This document shows, piece after piece, positions 24,436 through 25,255 of a stretch of DNA of 25,255 nt. The notes beneath the pieces are model-generated. The model had not been told where the DNA came from. It searched no databases and saw only the letters and a list, made by a program, of their open reading frames with translations. Positions within the stretch are counted from its first letter, which is position 1. The number at the start of each line of letters is the position of its first letter. Source of the DNA: Halobacteriaceae archaeon (GTDB taxonomy: Archaea > Halobacteriota > Halobacteria > Halobacteriales > Halobacteriaceae); assembly GCA_042216675.1 (NCBI GenBank), contig JBDGTS010000037.1, positions 1 to 25,255 on the forward strand, read 5' to 3'. The translations under genes were made by a program, and so were the position numbers.

Positions 24436-24987
24436 ATGCGGGTGCGAGAGTGGCAGGACATCGTTCGCGACGTGGTCGAAGCGGACGCCGAGCCGGACGA
24501 CTGGCGCGCCGTCGGCGGTGACCGCGCGGGCGGCGTCGGCGAGGACATCTATCTGGGCCACCCGAGCGTCGGCGTCTACGAACTGAAGACGTACGCGAAG
24601 AACCCCCACGAAGTGCGCGGCGTCGGCGCGCAGGTGGCCCGCTCCATCGACGACGAAATCGGCCACTACCTCCCGACGGAGGACGGGACCGGTCGCTTCG
24701 CCGTCCAGACGCCGCCCGACGACGAGGACGAGGCCGAGCGGACGGCGAGCGAACTCGAAGAGGTCGTCAAGGCCCACGCCGCCGCGCCGACGACGCCCGG
24801 CGACCTGTTCGACGACGTGATGGACACCCTCGACAGCCCCGCGTTCGGGCCGATGGAGTACGAGATGACCGACCGGCCCGACGCCCTCGACGACCTCTCG
24901 ACCACCTTCGAGGAGGCCGAAGAGGTGTTGAACACGGAGTTAGACGAGGTCATCGAGGAGGACCGAGTCGGGAAGGGGTTCCGCTAG
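24436..24987 (+). CDS. acidic hypothetical protein
   Basis: MRVREWQDIV... 183 aa, typical codon usage; divergent from larB across an AT-rich spacer. Confidence 0.85.
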   Translation: MRVREWQDIVRDVVEADAEPDDWRAVGGDRAGGVGEDIYLGHPSVGVYELKTYAKNPHEVRGVGAQVARSIDDEIGHYLPTEDGTGRFAVQTPPDDEDEAERTASELEEVVKAHAAAPTTPGDLFDDVMDTLDSPAFGPMEYEMTDRPDALDDLSTTFEEAEEVLNTELDEVIEEDRVGKGFR

Positions 24988-24990
24988 AAC

Positions 24991-25255
24991 TCAGTCGTCG
25001 GCGGGGGGAGTGCCGATGTCCGGCCGGTCGACGTCGCGGTCCATCGCCTCGCCCTCGATGTCGTAGGGGTACTCGCCCGTCACACACCCCGTGCAGAGGT
25101 CGGCCTCGGCGGTGCCGATGGCGTCCGAGACGGAGTCCATCGAGAGGTAGGCGAGGCTGTCGGCCGAGATCTCCTCGGCGATTTCCTCGCTGGACCGGTC
25201 CGCGGCGATGAGTTCCTCGCGGGTCGCCATGTCGATGCCCATGTAGCAGGGCGCG
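24991..25255 (-). CDS. purF: amidophosphoribosyltransferase, 3' end only (gene begins beyond the window)
   Basis: [17 protein letters not shown]...ADSLAYLS...[11 protein letters not shown] is the PurF C-terminal signature with Fe-S cysteines. Confidence 0.93.
   Translation of the reverse strand, partial: APCYMGIDMATREELIAADRSSEEIAEEISADSLAYLSMDSVSDAIGTAEADLCTGCVTGEYPYDIEGEAMDRDVDRPDIGTPPADD

Overview
Very GC-rich window with acidic proteins and many TATA-like boxes about 25-30 nt before start codons, consistent with a halophilic archaeon (Halobacteria) chromosome. It is densely coding (about 29 genes) and mostly housekeeping: PadR regulator, MgtC/DUF4010 protein, mutY, nadC, FMN reductase, Yip1 protein, degenerate RecJ-like S1/OB/DHH protein, orphan GAF histidine kinase, panB, elp3, rqcH, pelota, RNase Z-like MBL hydrolase, Dna2-like nuclease-helicase, htpX, GYD protein, larB and the 3' end of purF. 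I see no rRNA, tRNA, CRISPR array, transposase or integrase. Best leads: (1) a ribosome-rescue cluster (rqcH - small Arg-rich ORF - pelota) abutting an RNase Z-like hydrolase, with elp3 upstream; (2) a divergent pair of a 12-Cys ArsR-type regulator and a Tat-exported cupredoxin with a long His-containing copper-ligand loop, preceded by a possible coupled uORF; (3) a lipoprotein gene whose apparent start codon is one base out of frame at a G5/C5 tract; (4) a structured non-coding stretch at the left edge. All calls come from motif recognition by eye; no searches were run.
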